A DNA stretch of 64,000 nucleotides from an uncultured Pseudomonadota bacterium (GTDB lineage: Bacteria > Myxococcota_A > Polyangia > Fen-1088): NCBI GenBank assembly GCA_963737345.1, contig CAVTSM010000003.1:1113616-1177615 (forward strand). Reading direction: 5' to 3'. The notes beneath the pieces are model-generated. The model saw only the letters and a program-made list of their open reading frames with translations, had not been told where the DNA came from and searched no databases. Every line of letters begins with the position of its first letter. Within the stretch, counting starts at the first letter, position 1. A program made the position numbers and the translations under genes. Below are positions 9,526 through 19,466 of this stretch, piece after piece.

Positions 9526-10209
9526 ATGAGCGCAAAAACAGCAGCTCTTCCGTACTTTTGGCGTGCGACCGGTGAATCCGTCGCGAATACTTTTCGACCG
9601 TTGAGCAAGTCGATTGCCGCCGCCTTGCTTCCCGCCTTCGAGCGCGGGAAGGAAAAGGCCCGCGACCGAGAATTGCTCGGCCGCGTGGCCGAAGGGGACG
9701 TCGCCGCACTGCGCGTCCTTTACGACGAGCAGGCGCCGCGCGCCCTGGCCGTCGCGCGGAGGATCCTCCGCAACGCCGAAGAGGCCGAGGACATCGTTCA
9801 AGAGACCTTCCTCGAGCTGTGGCGGCGCGCGCCTCAGTTCGACGGCCGCAAAGGCGGCGCGGTCGCCTGGGTGATCACCATCGCCCGCAGCCGCGCCATC
9901 GACCGCTTGCGCGCCGCCGGCACCGCCGGTCGCGCCATCGAAGGCGCGGAGACCGCCATCGACACCCACCCGACGATTCCCCTCTCGCCGGCCGAGCACA
10001 CGGAGCGCCGCTCGACCGAATCGCGCGTTGCGGACGCGCTGGCCGCCCTGCCCAAGGAGCAGCGGCAAGCGATAGAGCTGGCTTATTTCGACGGGTTGTC
10101 GCAGACGGAAATCGCCACCAAGACCGGCAGCCCCCTTGGGACCGTCAAGATGAGGGTTAAGTTGGCCATCGGAAAATTGGCAACCCTCCTCAAAGACGAT
10201 CTCGCGTGA
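9526..10209 (+). CDS. ECF-type RNA polymerase sigma-70 family factor
   Basis: Region 2 (DIVQETFLELWRR...AWVITIARSRAIDRLR) and region 4 (LPKEQRQAIELAYFDGLSQTEIATKTGSPLGTVKMR). The exact start is uncertain. Confidence 0.88.
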   Translation: MSAKTAALPYFWRATGESVANTFRPLSKSIAAALLPAFERGKEKARDRELLGRVAEGDVAALRVLYDEQAPRALAVARRILRNAEEAEDIVQETFLELWRRAPQFDGRKGGAVAWVITIARSRAIDRLRAAGTAGRAIEGAETAIDTHPTIPLSPAEHTERRSTESRVADALAALPKEQRQAIELAYFDGLSQTEIATKTGSPLGTVKMRVKLAIGKLATLLKDDLA

Positions 10210-10754
10210 ACGGTCGCCAAATGATGACCTGCGACGAGTTCAAAGAGCTCGCGCCCGCCTACGCGCTCATCGCGCTGGACGAGGACGAGCGGCGCGCGTG
10301 CTCGCATCACCTGGCCAGCGGCGCGCCCCACCGCGGCTGCATCGAGGCGGTCGAGCAGGCGTCGCTGGTCGCCGCCCGCCTGGGCACCGCGCTGGCGCCG
10401 TCGCTGCCGCCACCGCGTGTGTGGCAGAACATCGCCGCCGAGGTGCGCGCCGGCCTGCCCAGCGCCACGCTGGCCACGACCGCGGCCGCCGAGATCGCTG
10501 GAAGAGGCGCGGCGGCGCGGCCTCTACCAGATCTGCGGCTGGGTGGTCGCCGTCGCGCTGCTGGGCCTATACCTCTATGGCGTTTCCGTTCGACTTGCGC
10601 CGCCGGCAACCCGGCGGCCTCGGCACCTCGGGCGAGCCCGAGACCGCGCAACGCGGTGACGGCGCCGGTCATGCTGCGCCGCAACTTTCGGCCAGCAGCA
10701 CTGAAGCAACCCGCGCGGGTTTCGCGCCGATCAGGACACGCCGAAAGGCTGTGA
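10206..10754 (+). pseudogene. zf-HC2-type anti-sigma factor, frame broken near 10490
   Basis: Overlaps the sigma-gene stop (GTGA). The N-terminus MTCDEFKELAPAYALIALDEDERRACSHHLASGAPHRGC is anti-sigma-like. The expected TM helix (LYQICGWVVAVALLGLYLYGV) is encoded in the +1 frame (ORF 10417-10659). The 3' end is unresolved. Confidence 0.55.
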
Positions 10755-12088
10755 CTGGAACGTGTCCAGCACCAGCGTGCTGAGGCGGCGCCGCACCAGC
10801 ACCACGCCCGTCGATCGCGGTCAGCGCACAGGCGACGACGTAGCCGAACACCGGGAACCAGCCGGCCGCCCAGGCCGCCAGCGTGAACGCCGCCTCGCCC
10901 GCCAGCAGGCCGGTCGAGATGAGAAGCGCGTCTCGCCGCAGATCGAAGTAGTAGAGCAGCAGGACCTCCAGCAGCGTCAGCATCTGAGCCGCCGCGCCGA
11001 TGGCCGCCATCCGGAACAGCGGCGTCGCGTCCGGCGACAGCCCGACCGCCTTCACCAGCAGCGGCGCCGCCGCGATCGCGATGCCGCTGGCGGAGGCCTG
11101 CACGATGCCGGCGCCGCGCAGGATGCGCTTGGCCTCGACCGAGATGCGGTCCGCCCGCTCCTTGAGCTGTTTCAACGACGCGCCCACCTCGATGTCCGCG
11201 TAGAAGGCCCGGAAGCGCTGGTAGAACGAGGTCTCGATCTGCACGTAGATCCAGGCGAAGGCCGGGATGACGGAAAACCAGGCGATGGCCGCGATCGCCG
11301 CGTAGAAGGCGGCCGCGTCGCCGCCCATCACCAGGTAGACGACGATCTTGTCGGCCCAGATCGACAGGTAGTAGGCCAGCGCCGACAGGGCCAGCAGGCG
11401 GTATTCGCGAAAGGCCGGCAACAAGCGGGCCGACTCGTCGGCGCGACCGGGCACCGCCCGCGCGATCCCCTGCACCAGCATCCCCAAGCGTCGCCAACTG
11501 CCCGGCCGCGAAGCCGTAGAGGTAGCCGGCCGGACCGAAGCCGAACGATCGGTCGAAGACCCAGGCCGCCAGCAGGCTCAGCGGCGCGCCGACGCCGAAC
11601 GCCCGCAACACGACCGCCGGGCGAGGTCATGCCGCCGCCGACCGACAACATCAGCCACTGCGCGCCCACGATCGCGCACAGCGGCGCGCCCACGACGGCC
11701 AGCGATCAGCGGCAGCCGCATCAGCGCGACCACCACGATCCCCGTCACCGCGAACATCAGCAGCGTCAGCGCCGTCGCGCGCCGCAGCGGCGCGCCGATC
11801 TTCTCGACGTGGTGGTCATACAGACGATCGGCGGTGTAGCGCGACACGACGACGTGTACCGGCGCCGACAGCACGACGGTCACCGCATAGACGACCGTCA
11901 AGAATCGTTCGATGATCTCGAAGTCGGTGCCGCTGCGGCGCGCGACCAGACGCAGGCTGGTCAGCACCGCCGTGGTCAGCAGCCAGGGCGCGCTGGTGAC
12001 CGCGACGCCCGTCAGGTACGCGCCGATCGTACCGGCCAGCGACCCGCGATCGATCATCCGTCTGCAGCTTCCAGCCGATTCCCGCCAC
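10730..12088 (-). pseudogene. pelG: PelG-like polysaccharide export membrane protein, at least 4 frame breaks
   Basis: Begins (GTG) MAGIGWKLQ at 12088, then continues in other frames: MIDRGSLAGTIGAYLTGVAVTSAPWLL..., GAPLCAIVGAQWLMLSVGG..., LRAFGVGAPLSLLAAWVF..., and LLPAFREYRLLALSALAYYLSIWADKIVVYL... The pieces sum to about 450 aa of multi-TM protein. The probable stop is TGA at 10730-10732; the ORF-track frame runs to 10669. Confidence 0.7.
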
Positions 12089-12090
12089 GT

Positions 12091-13739
12091 CTAAGCCTCC
12101 GCCGTCGCGCTGGCCGCGCCGTCAACGACCGTCCCGGACGGGCCGCCCGCCCCCATCGACGCATAGAGCGCGCGATACGACGCCAGCATGTCGCGGCGCT
12201 GATAGAAGGTCGTCACGCGCTTGCGACCGGCCGCCGCCCATCCGGCGCCGGAGCTTGGGGTCGCGGGCCAGCGCGACCAAGCGCGGCGGCCGTCTCTTTG
12301 GGCGTCGCGACGCGGGTCACGAACCCGCTTGGCCCGATGGCGCGGTCGGCGGGCGTCCGCCCCTCGACCATTTCGCGGCAAGCGCCGACGTCGGTGGCGA
12401 TGACCGGCACACCGCAGGCGTACGCCTCCAGGATGACCAGCGGCTGCCCCTCGCTGAAGCTGGTCAGGACCACGACGTCCAGGTCGGGGTAGATCTTGGC
12501 CGGCGGCATCGGCCCCAGAAACCGAATCTGCTCGGTGCGGCCGAGGCGCGCGACCAGGTCGCGGCAGCGGCTCGCGTAGCCGCCGTCCTCGTCCATCGGG
12601 CCGATCACGCGCACGTCCAGCTCGACGGAGCGCAGCGCCTCGTCGCAGGCCCGGATGAAAGTGATGAGGTCCTTGATCGGGACCACGCGGCCGACGAACC
12701 CGACCCGCATGGGCGGCGGCCGCAGCTCGATGACATCGTCGCCCGCGGCTGCCGCGGCGTCGTCTTGCAAGAGCGGCGGCGGATCGGCGGGCAAGTCGAC
12801 GCCGTTCGGGACAATGTCGATCTTCTCGACGGGCGCGCCGTCGGCGATCTGCTTTTTCCGATTCACGTCCGACAGGGTCAAGATGCGCGTCGACTGCGCG
12901 TAGGTGATGCGCGACAGCCCGCGGAAGAACCGCGACCAGATGCGGCGCAACGGCGAGATGCGTGGCGCCCAGGTCGCGGTGCGCAGGCCGAACCCGCCGT
13001 CGTCCGCTTCGGCGGCGTCGCGGATCCAGTCGGCGCGCGCCAGCTCCATGTCCCGCTCGCGCGAGTAGATGCCGTGCTCGGTCAGCGCCATCGGTCGCCC
13101 GGTGCGATGGCTCCAGACCGACGCGACCAGCCCGGCGTAGCCGGTCGATACGGCGTGGTAGCAGGCGGCCTCGACCACCGGCGCCGACAGCAGCCGCAGG
13201 ACGGGGACGTGAATGGCGCGGTAGTGCCAGAACAGATCCAGAAACGGCGCCTCGGCGGCGATCTGCTCGGCGATGTTCGTCAGCAGGTCGAAGCTGGCCC
13301 GCCCGTACAGAAACTCGGGCATGCCCAGGTCGTTGGTCGCCAGGTCCGCCAGGATGCCCCGCCAGATCTCGGGATCGGCGTCCTCTTCCAGGTGCATCCG
13401 CCGCAACCCTTCCAGCACCCGAGCCGGCGTGTCGCGCGCGTCGACGGCCGAGCGCAGCCGGCGAATCTCCTCGCGCAGCTCCGCCCGCTCGTCGCCGTCC
13501 AGCGGCGGCTTCGCCGTCTCCTGACAGAACACCCGGTGAAGGCCCACGACGTTCTCGGGAAGCTGGTAGCGCGGCTCGCCGTACGCGGCCGGGTGGGACC
13601 CGACGTTCAGCACCGCGAACTTCAGCTCGGGATGGCCGCGGATGATGTCGTGCACCCAGGACGAGACGCCGCCCGACACGAAGGGGTACGTCCCCTCGAC
13701 CAGCAGGCAGACGTCGGCGACGGTGCTAGGGCTTGTCAA
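12091..13739 (-). pseudogene. pelF: PelF-like GT4 glycosyltransferase, two frame breaks near the 3' end
   Basis: VADVCLLVEGTYPFVSGGVSSWVHDII (DUF3492-type N-terminus) and a GT4 C-terminus (TSFSEGQPLVILEAYACGVPVIATDVG). The tail continues in other frames (VALARDPKLRRRMG, then AGRKRVTTFYQRRDMLASYRALY), with breaks at about 12283 and 12235. The TTG start at 13739 follows GGGAGG and overlaps the pelE stop (TTGA). Confidence 0.8.
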
Positions 13740-14965
13740 CCGGGACCTCCCGCGTGCCGGACGCGCGCCGGCACCTGAACGACGCCGACGCTGACGCTGA
13801 CGCCGTTCGTGCCGCGCCGGTGCAGACCAGACAGCCGGCGCGCGGCGGAAAGCTTGCGGTGGACGGCCAGCGGCGGCGGCGCGGCCGGGTGGTAGCTGGC
13901 CAGGGCCGATGGGCTTTCCCAGGGCAGCGCGTGCGTGGCCAGCACCGCCTCGTCGCGCAGCGCCAGAAGGACGGCCTTCGTGTCCACGCCCACTTGCCCG
14001 TCCACGCTCACCTGCGCGTCCACGCTCACCTGATCGACGGCTTCGTCGATCGCGGCCAGCGCGGCGTCCGGGCGCAGCACCGCCAGCTCGAGGCGGGCCC
14101 GGCCGATGGCCAGCTGGCCGGCGCGGGCCGGGGCGACCGCCGCCGCCGTCGCATAGAACTGGCGTGCCTCGTGCGCCAGCGAGGGGACCAGCGCCGGCTC
14201 GGCCAGCCCGGCCTCGATCGCGTCCGTCGCCAGCTCTGCGGCGTCCTGCGCGTCCTCGGCCGACGGCTTGCGGGCGAGGGCCTTGCGCAGCTGCGCGAGC
14301 CGCGTCTCGAAGGATGCGGTCATCTCTTCCAGCGCCAGCGCCGCCTCGACGGCCAGGTCGGGATCGGCCGCGCCCAGCGCCCAACGCAGCAACGCCACCG
14401 CGTCGGCGTCGGCGCGTCGGGTCAGCGTCGCGATGATGGCCCGCCGCTCGTCGATGCTTCCGGTCAGCAGCGCCTCGCAGCACGGCAGCGCTTCGCCCAG
14501 GCGCCGCAGCTCCTCCGCGCGCAATGGCTCGACGTCCGGCGCTGCAGCGTCGGGATCGGCCTCGACCACCTCGCCACGCCCGGCGGTGCCGAGAGCGATG
14601 GCCGCCAGCACCGCCCCGGCCACCGGTATGGCGAAGGCGAACCCCGCCCCCAGCCACCGCTCGCTGTTGGTGAGCGAGCGCCACAGCAGGATCGGAATCA
14701 CGGCTGCCACGTGCAGCCCCCCCGCGACCAGCGCGCCGCCGTGAAGAGGGCGTAGCGCGATCAGCGCGACCGCCGCCAGATCCAGGGCCAGCGCCAGAAT
14801 CCACGGCGCGATCGGCAGCGGGCGATGGCGCAGGACCGCGACGTCGATGGTCCGGCTTCCCGTGCGGCCGCCGGCCGTCGCCCCGTCGAGGTACGGCGTC
14901 CCAGCACCCTGCCCGTCCACCTTGAGGTCGGGCAGCGTTTTCGCGTGGCTCGTATGTTGCGCCAT
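13736..14965 (-). CDS. pelE: PelE-like membrane/TPR-like protein
   Basis: Two or more N-terminal TM helices, then an Ala/Leu-rich helical repeat region. It sits between the pelD-like and pelF genes. It contains a short VSVDAQVSVDGQVGVD repeat. At 409 aa it is longer than the Pseudomonas PelE as I recall it. Confidence 0.6.
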   Translation of the reverse strand: MAQHTSHAKTLPDLKVDGQGAGTPYLDGATAGGRTGSRTIDVAVLRHRPLPIAPWILALALDLAAVALIALRPLHGGALVAGGLHVAAVIPILLWRSLTNSERWLGAGFAFAIPVAGAVLAAIALGTAGRGEVVEADPDAAAPDVEPLRAEELRRLGEALPCCEALLTGSIDERRAIIATLTRRADADAVALLRWALGAADPDLAVEAALALEEMTASFETRLAQLRKALARKPSAEDAQDAAELATDAIEAGLAEPALVPSLAHEARQFYATAAAVAPARAGQLAIGRARLELAVLRPDAALAAIDEAVDQVSVDAQVSVDGQVGVDTKAVLLALRDEAVLATHALPWESPSALASYHPAAPPPLAVHRKLSAARRLSGLHRRGTNGVSVSVGVVQVPARVRHAGGPG

Positions 14966-14967
14966 CG

Positions 14968-15994
14968 TCAGATCGTGACCAGTGAGAGGCCACGCCCCTC
15001 TGTGCCGATCGCTTCGCCCTCCGCCGGGCCGATCGCCGCCGATTCAGAGCCTGGGGCCGGGAGCTGGCCCAGCCGGCCGCCGCCCAGTGCGCCGCCGTCG
15101 GCGCCCGAGCGCGCCTTGTCGAAGGCCGGCGCCAGCCACTCGGCCACGACGGCCAGATCGCGCAGCGCGGCCGCCCCCATTCGGGAGGCCCCCCGGGCCA
15201 CCAGCACGCCCACCGACACGCCCTCGACGACGATCGGTGCCGCCAGATCGCTGTCCGTCGGACCGGCGCCCGTGAGCTCGACGGCCCGCACCGGCGCGGC
15301 CGCTGCGCAAGCGCTTCCGCGGCGGTCGCGTCAGGCACGTCCGAGCCACCCGCCGCGTGCCAGGCGCCGGCCGACGCCAGCGTCGACAGCGGGCGCGAAT
15401 CCGATGACGCCAGCTCCACGGCGGCAGCCCGGGCGCCCAGGCGCGCGACGATCAACGACAGCGCCGCCTCTGCGGCCGCCAGGCGATCGCCGGTCTCGAT
15501 CTTGCGCGCCACGTCGCGCAGGAACGTCAGCGACAGGTCCAGACGATCGTTGCGCGCGCGCAGGGCCAGCGCCGCTTGCCGCAGCTCGCCCAAGCGCAGC
15601 GGCATCGCGGCTCGCCTTGGCGGCGACGCCCTCCAGCTTCTCTTCCAGAGCGTGCGCGTGACGCTCGTGAACCGATGCGATCCAACCCGACGATCAGCGC
15701 GCCCGCCAGGGCGCCCAGCTCGGACGGCGTGGCCAGCGCCTTCAAGGCCAGCACCGGCGCCGTCCGCCACGACCCGCCCAGCAGCGCCAGCGCGCCCCAC
15801 GCGACCGGCGCGCTGGCGACCAGCCCGCGGACCCCGTAGCGCGCGGACAGCGCCAGCACGACCAGCCAGACGGGGTGCGGGCACAGCTTGCCGATCCCCA
15901 GGTGCGGCGCGCCTGACGCAACCGCCGTCCCGCCGAGGACGATCGCCGTCCCCGCCGCCGCCTCGATCCACAACCTCTTGTTAGAGATCTGCAT
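14968..15994 (-). pseudogene. pelD: PelD-like membrane protein (TM + coiled coil + GAF-like), 2-3 frame breaks, no GGDEF region
   Basis: The ATG at 15994 gives MQISNKRLWIEAAAGTAIVL... with 3-4 TM helices. It continues IASVHERHAHALEEKLEGVAAKASRD (third frame), then LRLGELRQAALALRARNDRLDLSLTFLRDVARKIETGDRL...AAAVELASSD, then AVELTGAGPTDSDLAAPIVVEGVSVGVLVA...LVTI*. The assignment rests partly on position. Confidence 0.55.
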
Positions 15995-17966
15995 GGAAGG
16001 TGACCCATCCGATCTGAAGGGTTCCGGGCAACCCAATCGTGGTTTGGTGGACGATGTCGTAGGTGACCAGAAGCCGCGTCGACCACGAGGACGCGATGAC
16101 CAGAGCCCCGCCTCCCTGCGTGAGGGTCTGGCTCTGCACGTTGTCGTATCCCAGGCCGGCGTGCAGCTCGAACCCGGCGCGTCCGCCGGCGACCGCCTTG
16201 CGAAAGATGAAGCTGCCGTTGTCGATCGAGGCGCGCGAATACAACGAAATGCGGCTGTAAAAGTCGGGCGGCAAGTCCGCCCACAGCTCGTAGTGGCGAT
16301 AGGCCAGCACGCCTGCGTCGTTGAGCGCCGTGCGCCGCACCAGTCGCTCGTCCAGCGATTCGCCGCGTACGACCCGCTTGCCGTCCGTCCACAGGTTGAA
16401 GTCCAGGCCGGCCCAGGCGAGCGTCTGGTCCGACACCGGCGCCGGATCGCCCGGCATCAGAGGCCGCAGCATGAGCCGCCGTTCCTGAATGCCACCGTCG
16501 AAGAGGACGATTCGGTCCTTCGGGAATAGGAACAGGTGTCCGGTCACGCCCGTCATCGTGCCGCCCTCGTGGATGGTCACCGGGGCGTCGTTCCATTCCT
16601 CGTTCAGGTCGCCGTGGATGTTGACCTGCACGTTGTCGCCGAACGGCGAATCGAGCTCGGCCTGCCCCCCGAACCCCCAGGTGCTGGTCGGCCCGTAGAC
16701 CTCGTGGCCGCTCGAGTCCTCGCCGATCGTCGACGAATAGCGGCCGTCGGCGCCCAGCAACAGCGAGCCCCCGTAGCGGTGACCGAACATGACGTAGCCG
16801 CCGATCCCCGTCACCGTGCCGGTCTCGCGCAGCACGTTCGAGCCCACGACCTGGTTGGCGTGCCAGTCCTGCGAGGCGTCGTGCCACGCCAGCAGACCCG
16901 CCTGATGATGCGCGCCGAAGGGGACGGCGCCGCCGGCCTGCGCGCGCCAGGACCAGGCCTGCGGATCCGACCGCAGCTGCCCGCCGCCCGCCACCTCTGG
17001 CGTGCTGCGGTAGTGCATCCGTTCGTACGACGTCACCAGCGTCGTGTCGGCGCCCTCGCCCGCCCGCGCGTTGTCGGCCAGGGCCGCGTGATACTGCAAG
17101 CTCGCGGCGCGGAAGTTGGCGGCCCGCTCCAGCGCGCGACCGTAATCCTTCTTGTGAATCGCCGTGGGCAGGTCCTCGGCCAGGCTGCGCCGCACCTCCA
17201 GCTCGCCCTTGAGGTCCCCGTCGGCTTCCAGCGCCCAAGCCAGCATCTCTCGACCGCGCACGTTCTTGGGATCGAGGCCCAGGTATCGCTTCAGCACCCG
17301 GGCGCCCCCCTCCCAGTCCTTGTTCATCAGGTGCGCATCCGCTTGGTTCAGCGCAACCTCTTCATCGAACTTGGGGGGCGGCGGCAACATCGACTCGTAG
17401 AGCCGATCCGCCAGCACGACATAGCCCTTCCGTGCCTGGATGCGCGCCAGCCAGAGCTTGGACGCACGATCGGACGGGTTGGGACCGATCTCCAGCTCTG
17501 CGATGTGGTGCTCGCGCTCGGCCTCTTCCTCGCGGCCCAACGTGAACAGCGCCTCGCCGCGCAGATAGTGGAGCTCGGGATCGTGCTCGTGCCCGCCGAA
17601 GTGGTGGGCCTTCTCCAATGCTTCAGCCGCGTATTCGAACTTCCCCGCCGCCTCGGCCGCGCGCGCGGCGTCACGTTCGGCGGAGGCGTCGTACGGCAAG
17701 GTCTTCAGGATCTGTTCGAATTCCTGGCGGGCCTTCTCCATGTCGCCGCGCGCCAGCGTTTCAGTCGCTTGCTTTCGGAGCTCCTCGATCTTGTGGGCCT
17801 CGTCCGCCGGCAGGGGCTTGGTGCCCGCCAGCGGAACCTCTTGGGCGCGCGCGCTGGACACCAGCAGTAAGTAAAGGACGGCAGCGGCGAAAACGGCCGA
17901 CGTCGCTCGTGTCAGGCAAGTGCGGACGGACCGGCAGGAGGCAGCCACGGCGGCGACAAGCTGCAA
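15981..17966 (-). CDS. pelB: PelB-like outer-membrane protein: TPR N-terminal half plus beta-barrel C-terminal half
   Basis: Signal peptide (AAAVLYLLLVSSARAQE). TPR-like helices run to about residue 300. The rest has alternating beta-strand character and ends ...LQIGWVTFHADL (aromatic near the C-terminus). Its stop overlaps the pelD-like start by 14 nt. At 661 aa it is much shorter than Pseudomonas PelB. Confidence 0.55.
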   Translation of the reverse strand: MQLVAAVAASCRSVRTCLTRATSAVFAAAVLYLLLVSSARAQEVPLAGTKPLPADEAHKIEELRKQATETLARGDMEKARQEFEQILKTLPYDASAERDAARAAEAAGKFEYAAEALEKAHHFGGHEHDPELHYLRGEALFTLGREEEAEREHHIAELEIGPNPSDRASKLWLARIQARKGYVVLADRLYESMLPPPPKFDEEVALNQADAHLMNKDWEGGARVLKRYLGLDPKNVRGREMLAWALEADGDLKGELEVRRSLAEDLPTAIHKKDYGRALERAANFRAASLQYHAALADNARAGEGADTTLVTSYERMHYRSTPEVAGGGQLRSDPQAWSWRAQAGGAVPFGAHHQAGLLAWHDASQDWHANQVVGSNVLRETGTVTGIGGYVMFGHRYGGSLLLGADGRYSSTIGEDSSGHEVYGPTSTWGFGGQAELDSPFGDNVQVNIHGDLNEEWNDAPVTIHEGGTMTGVTGHLFLFPKDRIVLFDGGIQERRLMLRPLMPGDPAPVSDQTLAWAGLDFNLWTDGKRVVRGESLDERLVRRTALNDAGVLAYRHYELWADLPPDFYSRISLYSRASIDNGSFIFRKAVAGGRAGFELHAGLGYDNVQSQTLTQGGGALVIASSWSTRLLVTYDIVHQTTIGLPGTLQIGWVTFHADL

Positions 17967-18144
17967 CCACCATGCCCGGAACTCATCGGCGTCCGACCGG
18001 TGATTTCGGGGCCCTTCTCAGCGATTCGATTAGAGAACGTGTCACGACGTCGTAACGCGCCCACGGCTGAGGGTTACCCGCGGCTTGACAGCCCAGCGGC
18101 AGACCCTACGTTGCGATCGTTTTTACTCATCCACGGAGGCGATC

Positions 18145-18507
18145 ATGCGCAAGTTGCAGCAGGGCGGAATGTTCGTGTTGGCGTTGGCTCTCGCAGTCCC
18201 CAGCTTTGTCGCGGTGCGGTCGGCCGTCGCCAAGACGGCCGCCAGCGGCGACGAGGCCGCGGCAGCTCCGTTGTCGAAGGACGACCAGGAGAAGCTGAAA
18301 GAGCACAACAAGCTCCGCGACCAGATCAAGAAGGTGAAGTACCCGGCGGCCAAGGCCACCATCGTCTCGCACGTCAAGGGGCTCAAGGCCGACGACAAGA
18401 AGTGGTTCGATCAGACGTTGCCCGACAAGACGTACACCTCGGCTGACGAGGTCTACTCCGCGCTGGGCTGGGAAAGCGCGCCGGCCGGCGGCACCGCGGC
18501 CAAGTAG
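18145..18507 (+). CDS. secreted DUF2795-like small protein
   Basis: The ATG at 18145 follows GGAGG. It has a signal peptide (MFVLALALAVPSFVAVRSAVA). The C-terminal half KVKYPAAKATIVSHVKGLKADDKKWFDQTLPDKTYTSADEVYSALG resembles DUF2795. Confidence 0.6.
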   Translation: MRKLQQGGMFVLALALAVPSFVAVRSAVAKTAASGDEAAAAPLSKDDQEKLKEHNKLRDQIKKVKYPAAKATIVSHVKGLKADDKKWFDQTLPDKTYTSADEVYSALGWESAPAGGTAAK

Positions 18508-18528
18508 CTCGAGGCGCGCCGGGCGACC

Positions 18529-19398
18529 TTGCAGTTGCGCACGCTGCGCGCACTCGCACTATTCACGCTCAGCGTCCTACCCGCGTGCGCGCATGTGCCG
18601 CCACGCGGGGGGGACGTGGCCTCGCTGGACCACGTCCAGCGCTGGTGGATTCTGATCGGATCGTCTGCGGCGCTCGACGCAATCGACTGGACCAAGCAGT
18701 CGGCCGACACGCAGATGGCGGTCCTGTCCGGGGACCCGCGTATTCCGCTGTCGGCGCTGCCGCGGGGCGCGATCCGCCTCGGCTATTTGAGCGTCGGCGA
18801 GGCCGATCCCCGCCGTGACTACTGGAACGAAGTCCGGGCCGCACCGTTCCTGGTCGAACCGGATCCCTCGTGGCCCGAGAACATCCGCGTCGACCTGCGT
18901 GATCCGCAGTGGCAGGCGGTGTTGCTTAACCAAGAGATCCCGCGCTTACTGGCCATGGGGTTCGACGGGTTGATGCTGGACACGATCGACACGGCGCCAT
19001 ACCTGCAGGCGAAGGACGGCGTCCGTTTTGGTGGCATGCGCGACGCGCTACGCGAGCTGCTGCGGGCCATCCACCAGAAGTTCCCGCGCGCCCCGCTCAT
19101 CGCCAACGGCACCGAGGCGCTGGTCGACGCGGCGCCGTTCGTGGACGGCTTCGTGGTCGAGGGGGTGTTCGCCACCTACGACTTCGGGCGGCGGCTCTAT
19201 CGCGAGACGACGACCGAAGAGCGGACCTGGAAGCTGGCCCAGATCGATCAGGCGCTGGCGGTGGCACGCCGGCCGGTCTTCACGATCGAGTACGCGGACG
19301 TTGGGGACGCGGCCTTGTCCGGATGGGCAGCGGGAGAGGCTGAGCGGCGCGGCTTTCGCCCGTACGTGACGGTCAAGGACCTGAACATGCTGCCCTGA
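18529..19398 (+). CDS. GH114 / PelA-hydrolase-like glycoside hydrolase (endo-alpha-1,4-polygalactosaminidase family), lipoprotein
   Basis: Lipobox (LSVLPAC). Motifs: GYLSVGEADPRRDYWNE, GFDGLMLDTID, and PLIANGTEALVD...VEGVF, typical of the TIM-barrel GH114/TM1410-like family to which the PelA hydrolase domain is related. TTG start. Confidence 0.7.
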   Translation: MQLRTLRALALFTLSVLPACAHVPPRGGDVASLDHVQRWWILIGSSAALDAIDWTKQSADTQMAVLSGDPRIPLSALPRGAIRLGYLSVGEADPRRDYWNEVRAAPFLVEPDPSWPENIRVDLRDPQWQAVLLNQEIPRLLAMGFDGLMLDTIDTAPYLQAKDGVRFGGMRDALRELLRAIHQKFPRAPLIANGTEALVDAAPFVDGFVVEGVFATYDFGRRLYRETTTEERTWKLAQIDQALAVARRPVFTIEYADVGDAALSGWAAGEAERRGFRPYVTVKDLNMLP

Positions 19399-19466
19399 GG
19401 ACAGGCGCGATTGTCCCGGCGGTTTCCCTTGCGTCTTTCAATTATTTTTGAATATTTAGAAACATC

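Noticed and set aside
12255-13778. Long antisense or shadow ORFs, for example 12255-13778 (+), 16536-17870 (+), 21843-23420 (-), 24113-25060 (-), 38592-40289 (-), 41450-42958 (-) and 36545-37921 (+).
   Set aside because: Each lies opposite a gene with clear family motifs. Their translations are Arg/Gly/Asp/His-rich low-complexity sequence typical of antisense frames in high-GC DNA.
12213-15971. A 1252-codon minus-strand ORF that looks like one giant protein.
   Set aside because: It is a composite. Only its last roughly 500 codons (PelF) and a short middle stretch (part of the PelD-like gene) are protein-like. The rest is Arg/Gly/Ala-rich out-of-frame read-through across pelE and pelD, which are encoded in other frames.
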